Assembly: GCF_009914755.1 (NCBI RefSeq)
Contig: NC_060939.1
Length of the DNA: 64,000 nt
Source of the DNA: the human T2T-CHM13v2.0 reference genome, Homo sapiens
Direction: 5' to 3' (one strand)
The notes under the pieces are model-generated. The model made no database searches. It saw nothing but the letters and a program-made list of their open reading frames with translations, and was not told the DNA's origin. The position numbers were made by a program, and so were the translations under genes. Below are positions 24,661 through 38,716 of this stretch, piece by piece; within the stretch, counting starts at the first letter, position 1, and each line of letters starts with the position of its first letter.

Positions 24661-26819
24661 TGCTCCCAGGAGTGTGCCATCCAATTAGAGCCTCTCCCCT
24701 GGTGCTCTGCCTGCAGAAAAAGGCCAGGTCCCCAAATTACTTACCTGGCATTCAAGGCCTTTCCTAGCCTGATGTCTGCCCCCAAGACCCTCTTGTCTCC
24801 AGCTTCTCCCTCCAAGATGCAGCACAAATGTTGCCTCAGTGGCTCCACGCCTGTGCTCCTCCCCACCCAGCACAGACCACGCTGGCCTGTTATGGGATGT
24901 TACAGGCTCACCTGCCCACACAGGTCACGCTGTGGGGCCTCTGCATACCTGGTGCCCCACTCACAGCCAAGGGTGTGTGTCAAGGGGAAGACAGCAACTG
25001 GAAGCACCCTCAGGAGGTTTTGACTCCAATCAGCGAGGGCTGGAGGCATCAGGGAGAGCTTCCTGGAGGGGCAGGGTGGGGCTTTGAATACACAAAGATT
25101 CGGATAGTAGGGTGGGGAGTCCAGGGCAACAGGGACAGAGGCTCAGAAAAGACCTGCAGAGGTGGGCACCTAAAGACCGAGGCTGCCCAAGCAGATCTCT
25201 AACCTTCAACCCCCAAAAGGCCAGGAGGAGAAGGAGAAGCTGAGGTTCCAAGAAGGCAGTGCTTCTGCCGAGCTATGCGGCCCGGCAACAGTGGCCAAAG
25301 GTGGCAGCAGCCTCCCTACTGTCCCTAAGCAGTCATTGTCCACACATGTCCATCTCCTGGGGCTCAGGCATTCCCAGCCCCCAGCCCTGCCCTCGCCCCC
25401 AAAAGAGCTCACACACCAGGAGTCAGGCAGCTACCCTACCATGTGGCCAAGGAAGGGAACCAGGAGCCTGGAGAAGCCCAAACCTAGGCCAGCGGGGGCA
25501 AGAGGCACCTGAAGTGCTTCTCCAGGAAGGAGACATTGGCTGGGCTGGGGAAGGCACTCTCAGCAGGGGACACCCTGCAAAAAGCCCCAGAGGTGCCCCC
25601 TCTAGATTTGCTTCTTTGCCTTCTAGGCTTCTGGCCTGGCTGAGCTCCTGGGAACACGAGTCAGCAGCACCCCAAGCCTGAGCCTTTAGGGAACCAACCC
25701 CCGCCCCACCCACATTACACTGTCCTGAGAGGCTGGGAAACTCCTGGAACATTCCCTGGCCAGTCTCAGGTTTTCCACCCTCTGCCTTTGGGCCCTGAGG
25801 ACCCCTTACCCCAGCCACCTTTAGAGGATACAGCAGAGGCCAGGGCTCTTGCCCCAGGAAGGCCCCTGGCCACCCTTCCCTGGTGTCCTCAGGAGCCTAG
25901 GCCCCAGCATCCCCAAGAGCAGCCCTGGAAACAGGGCCTGGCCACCCAGGAGGGGCAGGCCGCAGGCCCCACAGACTATGCTGTGGCCAGCCGCTCTCCC
26001 CAGGGCCCACCACTGCCAGCAAAAAACAAAACCGCTTGACCTTGTGGTTCCGCAGACAAGTAGCTTCCCGCCTCAGCTTCCCCAGTGCAGTCCCCTGAGG
26101 CTGCAGGCTCTGTGGGCATCAGGTACAGTTGGAGGTAAAGGAAGCTCTGTGCAACCAGCCCTGCCTTGCTTCTGGGGGCCAAAGAAGCCCTTGTCCCCAT
26201 ACATACTCAGAAAGCCTGGCCTAGAATGTTCTCACCTAGAATGTCGAAACACAAGACTTCCCAAGACCTCAGCTGAAACCAGAGAGGAGAGGGGCCAAGA
26301 GGAATCCTCGGTTCAGATGGAGAGAAAGAGATGGGCAAGGGAGAAAGGCAGAGGGGGGGTTGGGCCATCCACAATGGGCAGGGCCTCCAATGCCAGGCAA
26401 AGGTGCTGAACATCACCCTCTGTGCCCAGGAGCTCCATGGACCCATCCAAGCAGGGCGGGGCCTACTGCCAGGCACTGGTAAGATGAGAGGCCAGGCAGA
26501 GGGGCCGCTCCCAGGGAGCTAACGGACCTGACTGAGCCCCACAAGCCTAGCTCAGACTGGGCCAGAGAAGCTGTCGGGGACACGTGTGGAGGAGAGTGTT
26601 CTCTCCAAAGCCTCTGAAGGTGAGAAGGCCCAGGCTGGCCCCAACCCCGGCTTGCAGGCCAGCCCAGCCAGAGCTGCTCCCTGGCCTTCCTCCCCACAGC
26701 CTCTGGGAGGCAGAGGCACAGTGAACAGAGCCTCACAGAGCCATTCGATGGCCACTTCCTGAGCACTTCCAGGTGCCGGGCACATCAGCTCACCTCCCTC
26801 TCAGCAGTTCACTGAGCTG

Positions 26820-26952
26820 GGCACCAGTATCCCCCTTTCCAGAGGGGAAACTAAGGTGCAGGGTGGGGATGACTCACCTAAGGCACACAGCCAGCACCTG
26901 GTGGAGGCATAATTTGAACCCAGATCTGGGTAAATCCAAAGCTGTTAACCAT
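26820..26952 (-). mobile_element. MIR fragment
   Basis: tttccagaggggaaactaagg..cacacagc..atttgaacccagatctg..ttaacca. Confidence 0.75.
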
Positions 26953-26969
26953 GAGAGCCAGAGACAGAG

Positions 26970-27400
26970 GGATTCTGCCTCATCCAGGATGTAGAAGCCA
27001 CAAGAGAGCATCCCTCCCAGCTAACAATGAGAAAAAGCTGGATATTCTGCAAAACCATAACTTTCATTTAGCCTGCTGGAGAGCTGGTGTTACAAGGCAG
27101 TCAGGGGGACCGAATTCCAAAGACTGGTGTGCTGTCCAGGGAGAGTGGGAGCACGGCCAGCTTCACCTTTGGCAGAGACTGTAGAAGAGAGCCTGCCAAA
27201 ACAGCTGGAAGGGTAAGAAGGAAACAGCTGGAAGGGGAGGAATTCTCAGCAGCTAGGTGTGGACCAGCCCTGGCAGTTCCAGACACAAGGAGTCCACCCT
27301 CACAGCCAGTGCATTTCCACGATGCTCCAAGAAAGCTTGGGGTGCGGTGAGAGGATGGACAGAACCCACGGTGGTACACGGGTGCACAGGGCCCCCAGCC
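26970..27400 (+). mobile_element. ancient L1M 5' UTR-like fragment
   Basis: ttctgcc..caggatg..ccctccc..taacaa..aaaaagctggata resembles recalled L1ME 5'-end consensus. Confidence 0.4.
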
Positions 27401-28305
27401 CGACGCCCAACCTCACCTTCTCAGAAATTGAGAAGAATCTGGTGAGGAAGGTGGGAGAGATGGAGTGACTGAAAGGGTGGGGGGTGGAAGGAGAGCCCTC
27501 CTGGGCTCCATGCTGCCTTGGCTCTCCGGACTACCCCCTACCCCATGCTCCCCCTGCCAGGAGGGCCTCACTGAGGAGTCGTAGGCAGCACCTTTCCCTC
27601 CTCCCTCCATCCACCTATGCCCACCTCCAGCACACCTTCACCGGGAACCCACTCTGCTTGGCACAAGCACCCAGCGTTCTCCAGGGGCAGGGCAGAGGGG
27701 ACAGAGAGCCCCAGGGCCCCTATGTACTCTGTAAAAGGAGGGGCATGACTCCTTTCCCCCATTACAGGGAGTCAAGGGACTAAGAGGGGCACAGATTCTT
27801 GAGGGGACAGCATCAGAGCCCAGGCTTCCTGGCCTCAGGCCTGTGCCCTGTACCCTACCTTAAAGACAGGTAGGCTGCAAAGACCCCCAGTCTAAAGAGG
27901 GTTGGGAGGTTTTGCTCCATCCCTCCTGGAGACAGAATCTACTGTGGGCACAGAGTAGGGAATGATTTTGCATTTCTCTCTTCTTTAAGAACCTTTAGAC
28001 AGTCAAATTACAACGCAATATAAAAGCAGAGGCAAAAGCATCGTGTTCAGGGCTGGCTGGGGAGTTATTCTCGAGTTAACAAGCAAGCGGGGAGAACCCA
28101 GGGGCGCAGGAGGGATGCTGAAGATTTGCCTCCTAGGGAGAGGCAGGCAGCTGGGTGGGCATCAAAAGGGCTGAAGGGGGTGCTGCTGAAAGCCAGACTG
28201 CGGGGGTGGGGGAGTCCTCCCAATCTGGAACAGAAGATGGAGGTGTGAGAGGCTCCCATGGTGAGCGCCAGAAGCCCTAGGAGCAACCAGGTAACCCTCC
28301 CTGCC

Positions 28306-28450
28306 TTCATTTATTGATCCATCTGTAGCCAAGCCACAAGTATTTCTTGAGCATCTACTATACGCCAGGTCCTGAGGGTCCCCAGTGGATACAGAAGTGA
28401 GTGAGACAGACAAGGTCCTGCTCTTAAAGAGCCTTGGGAGAGAACTCACC
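28306..28450 (-). mobile_element. L2 3' end
   Basis: ttcatttatt..tatttcttgagcatctactatacgccagg..gacagacaaggtcctgctct. Confidence 0.75.
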
Positions 28451-28635
28451 GTGGGCAGAGCCTGCCTCAACCTCTCCCCAAACGAGGCCTGGATTCTGTC
28501 TGCACATCAGGCACCTCTGGCAGACACCAGGGCTGCCTGGAGCAGAGGAAAGAGCATAGGTTTGGAATTAACAAGCTGCGTGTCTATGAGCAAGTCCCTA
28601 ACCTCTCTGACCCTCAGGTAAGAATAACAAAAGCC

Positions 28636-28936
<301 letters not shown>

Positions 28937-28949
28937 AATAACAAAAGCC

Positions 28950-29195
28950 GCTAACTTGTATTAAACAGTTAATATGTAGTCAGCATTATTCTAAACTTTA
29001 CATGTATAAACTCATCTAATCAACACGACAAGACTGTGAGCTAGGTTCTATCAGTATTCCCCTTTTCAGAGGAGGCAATCAAAACACAGAGAGGTCTAGT
29101 GCTTTGCCCAAGGTCATGCACATAGAGCTACTGAGTACAGCCAGGATCACAGCTGGACAGGCTGGCTCCAGAGGCCTCACCCTTAACCACTGCAC
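28950..29195 (-). mobile_element. near full-length MIR
   Basis: ctttacatgtataaactcatctaat, cacagagagg..tttgcccaaggtca, ctggctccaga..cttaaccactg. Confidence 0.85.
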
Positions 29196-29217
29196 CTTGC
29201 TTAAGAAGCTGTTTCCT

Positions 29218-29931
<714 letters not shown>

Positions 29932-30331
29932 CTATTCATTTGCTGGAGACCATCTCAAATGTCCTTTCTTCAGTGAAACCTGCAGGTCTTTTTCAGGATA
30001 AAGGAGGAGACCCACATGCATTGGGACCCTGCTGCGGACGAGACCCTGTGCCAATCACCTCATACACAATTGCTCATCTCTTCCTCACAACCCTGGCAGG
30101 CAAGACCAGCCATCTTTATTTCATAGAAGGGGAAACCAAGGCTCAAAAGATGAAGTGGCTTATCCAGGGTCGGGCAAACTTTGCCATATTCCGCATGCCT
30201 CTAGCAGGGATGGATGTTGTGGGGGACTGTGTGATGGAGGCTGGGGTGGGGTCACCAGATAGTTCCTGAGCCACTTAGGAAGGGTAAAAGAGCACCTGAG
30301 TCTGAAAGAACAAGAAATTATAAGAACCAGG

Positions 30332-30632
<301 letters not shown>

Positions 30633-31329
30633 TCAGTCAGTCAATAAACACTGTTGCCTGGGTAGCTTTCATAAGCAAAATGGGTATAAACAACATGAGT
30701 ATAAGCATGGGACCTCCCTCACTTTGTTCCATGAATTCCATTCCTCCCTCAACGCCAATACTGAAAGCACTTAGTCTTCTTTCCACCTGTCCACTTCCTG
30801 CCTAGATACATTTTTAGGTCTAAAGCCAGTACTGCCACCTCCTTCAAGAAGCCAGCCCTGATTGCCCCAGAACTCCTTAGAGCACCCTGAACCTGTGGTC
30901 TGGCTGGGGACCAGAGCAGACCTAAGGGGTAGAATTGCCCCCATGCCACAGAAGTTGATGGGCGGTCAGGTGCAGGAGCAAGGCTGGGGGCTGGGGGCTG
31001 GGGGCGAGGAGCCCTGCCTGGAGGATAACAAGGCACCCTATCCTACAGGAGGCTCAGGCAGGAGCCAGCCGCGCCATTGGCAGCAAAGCTAACATGATGG
31101 ATGGCACCATTCAGGAAGAAATAAATCCAGAGGCTCATGTGCCAGGTGAACTGGGGGGTGTATCCATCTTACAGATGCTTAATGAATGTGCTGGCCAGAG
31201 CACACAGCAGCACATACATCTGCCTCCCACCCCTCTCCAGCTCCTTGAGCTCCAGAGACCACCCCCCACTCCCAGGGAAGGAGGGTGCTGAAAGGGGCCA
31301 TAGATTAGCTGGCCCAGACCAAAACCCCC

Positions 31330-31430
31330 ATTGGACAGATGGGAAAATCTAGGCCAGGAGAGGGCAGGGACTTACCCACAGTCACACAGGAATCAGCTGC
31401 AAAATCTGGACTAGAACACAGGCACCTAGG
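31330..31430 (-). mobile_element. MIR fragment
   Basis: acagatgggaaaatctaggcc..gacttacccacagtcacacag..ggactagaac. Confidence 0.65.
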
Positions 31431-32689
31431 CCCGGCCCATGGACCTGTCCCTCAGGACCTCTTCAAACCCTCCCTGCCTTTAGCTCCACTGAGTTAGCTA
31501 AGAAGAATACCCAACCACCCTATCCGCAGGCCCAGGACTGCTCCTCCAGAGCTCCAGTCCCCTGTCCCTTGGTCCCCCGCCCAGGCCTAGCAGGGGGCCA
31601 CATCTCCTCCTCCTCCTCTCCCCTGGCAACACAGCCAGGGTTTGGGAGCACTTCTGATAGCACTGAGTGGATGAGGGGACATTGCAAGTCATCTGGAGTG
31701 CAGACAGGTCCTGGGGGTGGGGTGGGTGCTGTCTTAATGAACAGATAAGATCCATCATGCTCAGCTCAGCATGCCCAGGGACTCTTCCCTGGGACAAGAC
31801 CTCCAGGGTTCCCCCAAGCAGGTCAATCACTCCCCCTGCAAGCCTCTTCATTACTTTTTCTGTAACCTCTCACTGCCTAGAAGAGCAGAGCTCAGGCTGG
31901 CCCTCTCTGTGTCAGAATGCCCACCAATTCCCAGTCTGGGCTTCTAGGAGCTGTAGAGTGAGCACACTCAGAACAGATCCCTCAATCAAATTAACAAAAC
32001 ACTGACCTGCCTGCAAGAGAGCAGCGTGAGCCCTGGGGGAGGGGAGTGGAAGAAGGGCCAGAGAAGGAGGCTGCACCAATGCAGAGCCAGGCGGGCCCCC
32101 GCCTCCAGAATCTCCCCACGGCTGTCACCATGCCTGAAATGTCACCATTAAAGGGAAACATCGTTCCGCTGGGGTTCGGAGGCATTAAAGTCTCTTATTA
32201 AAGTGAAACTATCCCAGAGAGAATCATACCCTCAGTCATTACCCACCTCCACACGTCAGTGGAGGAAGGAGGCAGGGAGGAGGAGGGTGGGTGGGTGGTA
32301 CCACGTGTGTGCTGCGTGCCAGACAGCAGTGGCCATGCTGTGGGTCAGGGGTCAGGTGGTTGGCCAAAGGGCGCACAGCTGGTGTGTAGCAGAGCCAAGA
32401 TTTGAACCCCGGTGCGACAGAGCCCAAAGCCAACCTTTCCCCTTCCACACAACTCTAAACAGGGACTGTGGTTGCCCCTTTGAGGCACCCTCTCCAGTGG
32501 GTTAAGACTCTGGCCACACCAACAGCCCTGCTGGGCCCCAGCGGGTGTGAACACCAGGACTAGAAACCCTTCTCAGCACCACACTCTCTGAGCTGTTCCT
32601 AAGAGGGCGGTGCCTTCACCCTGCACTCTGACTATGCCGTCCTCCTCCTCCCCACCTTGGGCCACCAGAGTTTGCCAGTGGGCAAAGGA

Positions 32690-32820
32690 ACTGTCTTTGG
32701 AGTCAGATGACCCAAATTCTAATCATGTCCCTCAATCTCCCTGAGCCTCAGTTTCCCCATCTATAAAACGGGGATAGTAGCACCCACTTTACAGTGTCAC
32801 TGCAGGGATTCCATGAGAGA
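32690..32820 (+). mobile_element. MIR fragment
   Basis: ctttggagtcaga..ctccctgagcctcagtttccccatctataaaacggggatagta. Confidence 0.8.
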
Positions 32821-33054
32821 AGATCAGGAAGAAGCCCAGCACAGAGGCTCAGGGCCCGCCCTCAAGGTAGCCTCTGGGCGTGGCCAACCCCTTTGATGCC
32901 CTGCAGAGCCCAGGAACCCTGAGGTGGCCCCAGCATAGTGGGCGGGACCAGGACAGCATGGGAAGAAGCAACACATGGAGGAAGGCGGGCCCCTGCCTTT
33001 TCCTCCCCACAACTCTGCTCCAGGAAGAGGTCATGGACCCCAGTCCCAGCTCAA

Positions 33055-33228
33055 TTTCTTTTTTTTTCTTTTTCTTTTTTCTTTTCTTTTATTGGGGGTG
33101 CGGTGCAGGGGAGAGACAGAGGTTTGCTTTGTTGCCCAGGCTGGTCTTGAACTCCTGGCTTCAAGCAATCCTCCCACCTCAGCCTCTTGAAGTGCTGGGA
33201 TTATAGGCAAGAGCCACAGTGACTGGCC
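33055..33228 (-). mobile_element. Alu left monomer (FLAM-like)
   Basis: T-rich tail then gttgcccaggctggtcttgaactcctggcttcaagcaatcctccc..gactggcc. Confidence 0.9.
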
Positions 33229-33233
33229 CCTAG

Positions 33234-33578
<345 letters not shown>

Positions 33579-34649
33579 CCCCAGCCCAATTTCTATGGGG
33601 TCCCTAGAGAGAGGTCTGAGCCCAGCATCACCTGCCTGCTCCATTCCAGGCTACTCTGAGGCCCCTGCCTTCAGCCTGGCCACAGGAAGCACTGTCAGAA
33701 AACAAGCCCAATGCCATTCCCCAGGTGGGCCCAGTGAGTACTCAGCACCTCCCACCAGCCCCATCTCCAGGCCTTAAACCTGCCTGAAGCTCTTCCCTGG
33801 TTTTATTGCTCAGTCTTCTACATCCTGGCCTCACAGCCCTGGTAAGAAAACAAAAGAGACTCAGCAGGGGCTACCAGCTTTCCCAGACTCTCCCCAGCAG
33901 AGTGGGTCTGGGTCTCTAACTCCTGACCTCCTTCCTCCAGAGCCACCATGTGGCCCATGCCATGGACCCTTCTTAGGAATGTGTCATCCCCTTTGCCCAC
34001 TCCCACGGCTGCTGCGTGGACTGCTCCCTGCTGCCCAGTGAAGCTGCTCCCGCCACCAGACCACCCTCCAACCCAACTCAGCCCTCCAGCTCTCCTAAGG
34101 GGTTATCCTCAAATAAGGGGAAGAAGTCAGTTATTGGCCATAGAGTTAGTCAAACATCTTCTCTCTGCCAATAAGCTGAGGGCTGGCTGGGCATGTCTGG
34201 AGCCCAAGGGCCAGCTTGAGGGCTGGTAAGAGGAAGTAGGGTGCGGAACCGGACTTTCTGGACAAGCTGCCATGGGGCAGGCCGGCTCTCTCCAATTTAA
34301 TCCTCCCAGCAGCTCTCAGGGTGGGGGTGGGGAGTGGGTGATAGCACTTTACAGGTGGAGAAAGTGAGCCTGTGAAGTTAAGACACATGGATTTGAACCT
34401 GGGTCTGCCTGACTCAGGCTGGGCTCTCTCCATGACTCCCCCTCACCCACCCCTGGGGCTGAGTGAACACGTGCCCTGGAGTCAGAGCAGGGGCCACGTC
34501 CCCGATGCCCCCCGAGACAGCCTTGCCAATGGCCCCTTCCTCACTGCCCTCAGTATCCACCCCTGAGCTGGGCCCACCCCAGGGTCGGGGGACACCTGCT
34601 GCCTTCCCGTGAGGCCGCCTCCTGCTCCCTTCTCTCCCCTACTCTCACT

Positions 34650-34775
34650 AGCAAATGAGTAAGAAGAATAGCATTACAGTTTGGCTACATGAGAAGTAGA
34701 ATTAGCAGGATTAAATATAAATAACTATTAAAAGTGTCTTATAATTAAATTCATTTTCCAGTTATTTGTTTTACA
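34650..34775. promoter_or_regulatory. candidate enhancer island
   Basis: Very AT-rich: GGATTA, TATAAATA, TATAATTAAAT, TATTTGTTT. Confidence 0.35.
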
Positions 34776-35519
34776 CACACACAGCCGCCCACACGCGTGC
34801 ACACACGCACGCGCTCCAGTCCCCAGCTCCACATGGAGTAGGTGTCAGGGTCCCCAGCTGCAAAGCAGCCTTCTCCCTGCTGTTGCCTCTTCCTGGGAGT
34901 TCCGGTGCGTGCCTGCTTCTCTCCCTGTCTATCTCTCCCACCTCCTGGGCCTGCTTCTGGTCTGGTCCACCCACCCAACCCCTTCCAGAAGAATGGATGC
35001 CAACAATACGGCTTTTACCATTCCCCTGTGCTGAGCCTACTATGAGCCAGACACTTGACACCCTGCACCACCTCCTTTCCACCCAAAGATATTTTTTCAC
35101 TCAATAAATATTTGGTTGAGTGCCAAGTATTTCATATACATGGTCTCATTTAATCCACACAATGACATTTATCCCACCACTAAACAAGTATTAGGTGAGC
35201 CCCTACTACGTGTCAGGGCTTGGTAAGTGCCAGAAATACTTTGGCCAATGAGACTGGAGCCTCTGCCTGTGAAGCCTACACTGAAGGGACTCCAGAGTCA
35301 GAGGCAGGGCCAGTCCAGTGGGAAAGATGCAGCTGGCACCTCTGAGTTGGGGCGAGGAGGAGGTCAGGAAGAACAAGGGCAGCGTGGAGGGTATTCCGCG
35401 GACCATAACCTGCTTGAGGGCCTGAGTATGTACCATCTCTCTCTCTGTGTCCAGGGCGGGGCACAGAGTGGGCACGCCACCGTGATTGTCAGCCTAAACT
35501 GACCTGAGCCAGGTGTGAG

Positions 35520-35740
35520 CACAGGTGTGAATCTCTGCCTTTACTCATGCTATGCCCTCAAGAGGCCCCTCTCCCATTCAGGCCTCAGCTTCCTTCTCCG
35601 TAAAATGGGAGTCAATCCAACCCTGTCTACCAAAAGTAAGGGAATGATCCTTGCAGGGTGCCTTGACCTGTGCCTGGCACATGGTAAGTCCTCAGCAAGG
35701 CTGGCTGCTTTTAGGATCATTACCTTGAACACCATGACTA
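35520..35740 (+). mobile_element. MIR SINE
   Basis: ggcctcagcttcctt..gtaaaatggga..tgtgcctggcacatggtaagtcctca. Confidence 0.75.
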
Positions 35741-36239
35741 CTGCTCCTACTATTATCTACCTTGCCCGTGGGGTTCACGAGTCACAGGTATGAGAAATTT
35801 AGAATACCAGAAAGCCTCACAGAGATGGGAGTGAGCATAAGACCTGTGATAGTTGGGGGCAATGCCCTGGGAAGAACACAGTGAAAGCCTATGGGGTAGG
35901 GGGGACACAGAGAAAGAGCACCTCCAGCCCATCCCTGGAGGGCTTCCTGGAGAAGGGTCAGTGCTTCAGGCCTTTCCATCCTGGCCCTCCCTCCTCTGAT
36001 CACTTGGTCTGATCTTCAGCCCCTTCCCACTAGCCCCAAAGCCTAAACTGTAGGGTAAGGAGCACTTCAAATGCTTTTGCCTTTGAATCCAGCCATTCAA
36101 CTGGCCCCACTGCCTCCCAGTCCCTGGGAGAAGTTAGGGAAGAAGATCTCACCCTTCTACGGGCTCAGACGGGTGGAGAGCAGGATACTTGAGCTCTAGA
36201 TGAACAAGGCCCGAGCCAACAGCAAGGTAAGGCTGTGAT

Positions 36240-36485
36240 CCTAAGTAATGAACATGAAGCCACCCACATTTCCCAAGTCCCCCCTGTGTGCCAGGTGCTT
36301 TGTTCCATCATCTCACCAAGCCCAGGAGCCGCCCTCTCACATGTGACCATGCCTCCTTCTTCAGAGAAGGTGACTCGAAACCCAGAGAGTCAGCTGTGTC
36401 TTGCCCAAGGCCATGAGGCCTGCAAGTGGCAGGGCTGGGGACAGAACCAGGATCTATGTCATCCCAAGGCCTTTCGTTACCCCAT
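36240..36485 (-). mobile_element. MIR SINE
   Basis: ctgtgtgccagg..cccagagag..cttgcccaaggcca..aagtggcagggctggga..gaacc. Confidence 0.65.
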
Positions 36486-37319
36486 GCTGCACCTGTGCCA
36501 GGAAAACGCTGCTGGGGGACAGAAGGCCAAGGAGATAGCATCCCTGGAAAATGTTGGCCCTGCCTGCCCCAGCCCCTCTCATCCTTCCATTGTCTCCCCC
36601 AAGGTGGACTGCCCACCACACTGGCTCCCCGCAGAGCCCCACCACTCAGCCAGCGACAGGAGCCTAACAGTAAAGACTTTTGTCCTAAAAGTAGGCAGCT
36701 GAGCTAATTAGCAAAGGCTTTCTCCTTTCCTTGGTGAAGACATTATTTCATTATCCAAAGCCAAACACAGCCCCATGGTGTCCGGCAAACCCACTCAGGC
36801 AGCTGGCAAAAGCAACACAAATCGATGGGCAGCAAGAGGCCTTCTCCGGCCCAGCCTCCCCACAGGGCTCTGGGGCTCTGTCCCATCTTTTTGACAAATG
36901 CCAGGGAAAAGAAAGGAGCCTGTGTTGGATGGGAAAGATTACAGGTTGGGCAATAAGGCACAAAGGCCCCATAGACAACCACAGCTTATTGTCACTTCCA
37001 GATGGAATCAGCCAACCCTAGGTAAGGGAGGGAAGGAGAGGTAGGGGCTCGGATTCTGACACCAGAGCAGGCTGTAGCACTGTAGAGGGGAGGGGAATCC
37101 CACTGTGTCCCTGTGCTGGTCAGCCTTCCCGTGTGCCCACAGGACAGAGGCCAGCCCCTCATAGGGCACTGCAGACCTTCCCAGGCTCACTGCCACCAGC
37201 TGCCCTGAGCCCATTGGATGGACTTCTCACCATCACTCATACACAGACCAGCTTCATTCCAGCCCCTTCTTCAGCAACCAGCTTCCCCCTCCCTTCTGCC
37301 TCTCTAGGCTGGGTGCCAC

Positions 37320-37600
37320 TTCCTCCAAGCAGCCTTCCTGACTGCTCCATCCTACAGGGACCTGCTCTGCCTCACATCTCTCAAGTACTTCTCACAGACA
37401 CCACAAAATCAAGCACATACATAGTGTCATATTTGCCATCCCTGGCTTTCTCGCCGTTGTCATGGCTGTGGCTGTTGTTTCATGGGTCCCGCGTGCTGGA
37501 GAGAACAGAGACCTGACTGCCTCCAACTAACCTCCATCACCGAACCTGGTATAGAGGCAGACACACAGTAGGTGCTTGCCCAGTGTTTGCTGACCAAACA
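37320..37600 (+). mobile_element. L2 3' fragment
   Basis: cttcctccaagcagccttcctga..cacacagtaggtgcttg..tgtttgctga. Confidence 0.55.
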
Positions 37601-38454
37601 CTAGGAAGTCCTTCTAAAGCTTCCTTGTAATGCAATGGGGAGTTCAGAGACCAGGGCTGTAGGTCAGCTCTAAAGCTAAGCTTCCGTGGGCCCTTGGATA
37701 AGTCACTGGCATTCTCCTGGCTTTGGTGTCTGGCTGTGGAAGTAGGACTTGGGTCAGAATGACCTGTGGAGGCTATGTTCAGCTGGGAGGAGACTCTGCG
37801 GGCCTGGCTGAGCCAGGCGCTGTTCATGGTGCTGAATCTGGGAGCAGCCCTCCCTGGGGCTGGTGGGCACAAAAGATGAACATCGTCATGGAGACAGAGG
37901 ACTGGGGGTAGGGGGAGGGAAGTAGGGTGCAGCTGAGAGAGAGAGTTTATTTGGATTGCTGTTTCTGGGCACTGCCAAGGACTGTCAGCATGGGGCCGCT
38001 TGCTCACTCAGTCTGGTGGAGGAGGGTCAGCCTCAGCCATCAGGGAACCAACAGCCAAAGACACAAAGCCATATTGAGAACACGGTCTGAGGGAGGAGAG
38101 GGCTGGAGGCACACACACACCAAGTGCGCACACACAAACACACACACGATGTTTATCTAAACAACGTATGGCAGAGCCTTACAGGCGTGAAGTTTGCAAC
38201 ACAGAAAGTGCCCTCCTGGGCATTGCCACTCACCCAAAGAGGCAGGGAACCCCTTATGCACCCATTTAACAGAGGAAAAAAGTGAGGCTCAGCTTCTGGA
38301 TCCTTCCCACTTCCAGTGAGTGAGAAGCTACTGCCCAGTCTCTTCCTTCTCCAAACCTTGCCAGGTGCCTGTCTTCATGACAGAGAAGACAAAGAAGGCA
38401 TTTGCTGTGGAAAAGCAGGAAACAGGCCCAGAGCTGGGAGAGAGAGTGGGAGCA

Positions 38455-38716
38455 GGGATGGGGGAAAGGAAGAGCAGAAAGGCAAGGGGGAAGGAAAGGG
38501 GGAAAAGGGAAAAGGAGGAAGGGAAAGAGTGGGGCAGAAGGGAGAGGGAGGGAGCAGGAGCAAGAGGATGGAAAAGAGGGAAGAAGGGAAGGAAAAGAGG
38601 AAAGGAGGAAGGGAGGGAGTGAGGGGGGAAGGGGATGGCAAGAAGTGTGGAGGGAAGGGAGGGAGGGGAGAAGGAAGGAAGGGAGGAAGGGAAGAGTGGA
38701 AGGGAGGGAAGGAAGA
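38455..38716. repeat. GA-rich polypurine tract
   Basis: About 260 bp of near-pure A/G with many G-runs. Confidence 0.9.
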
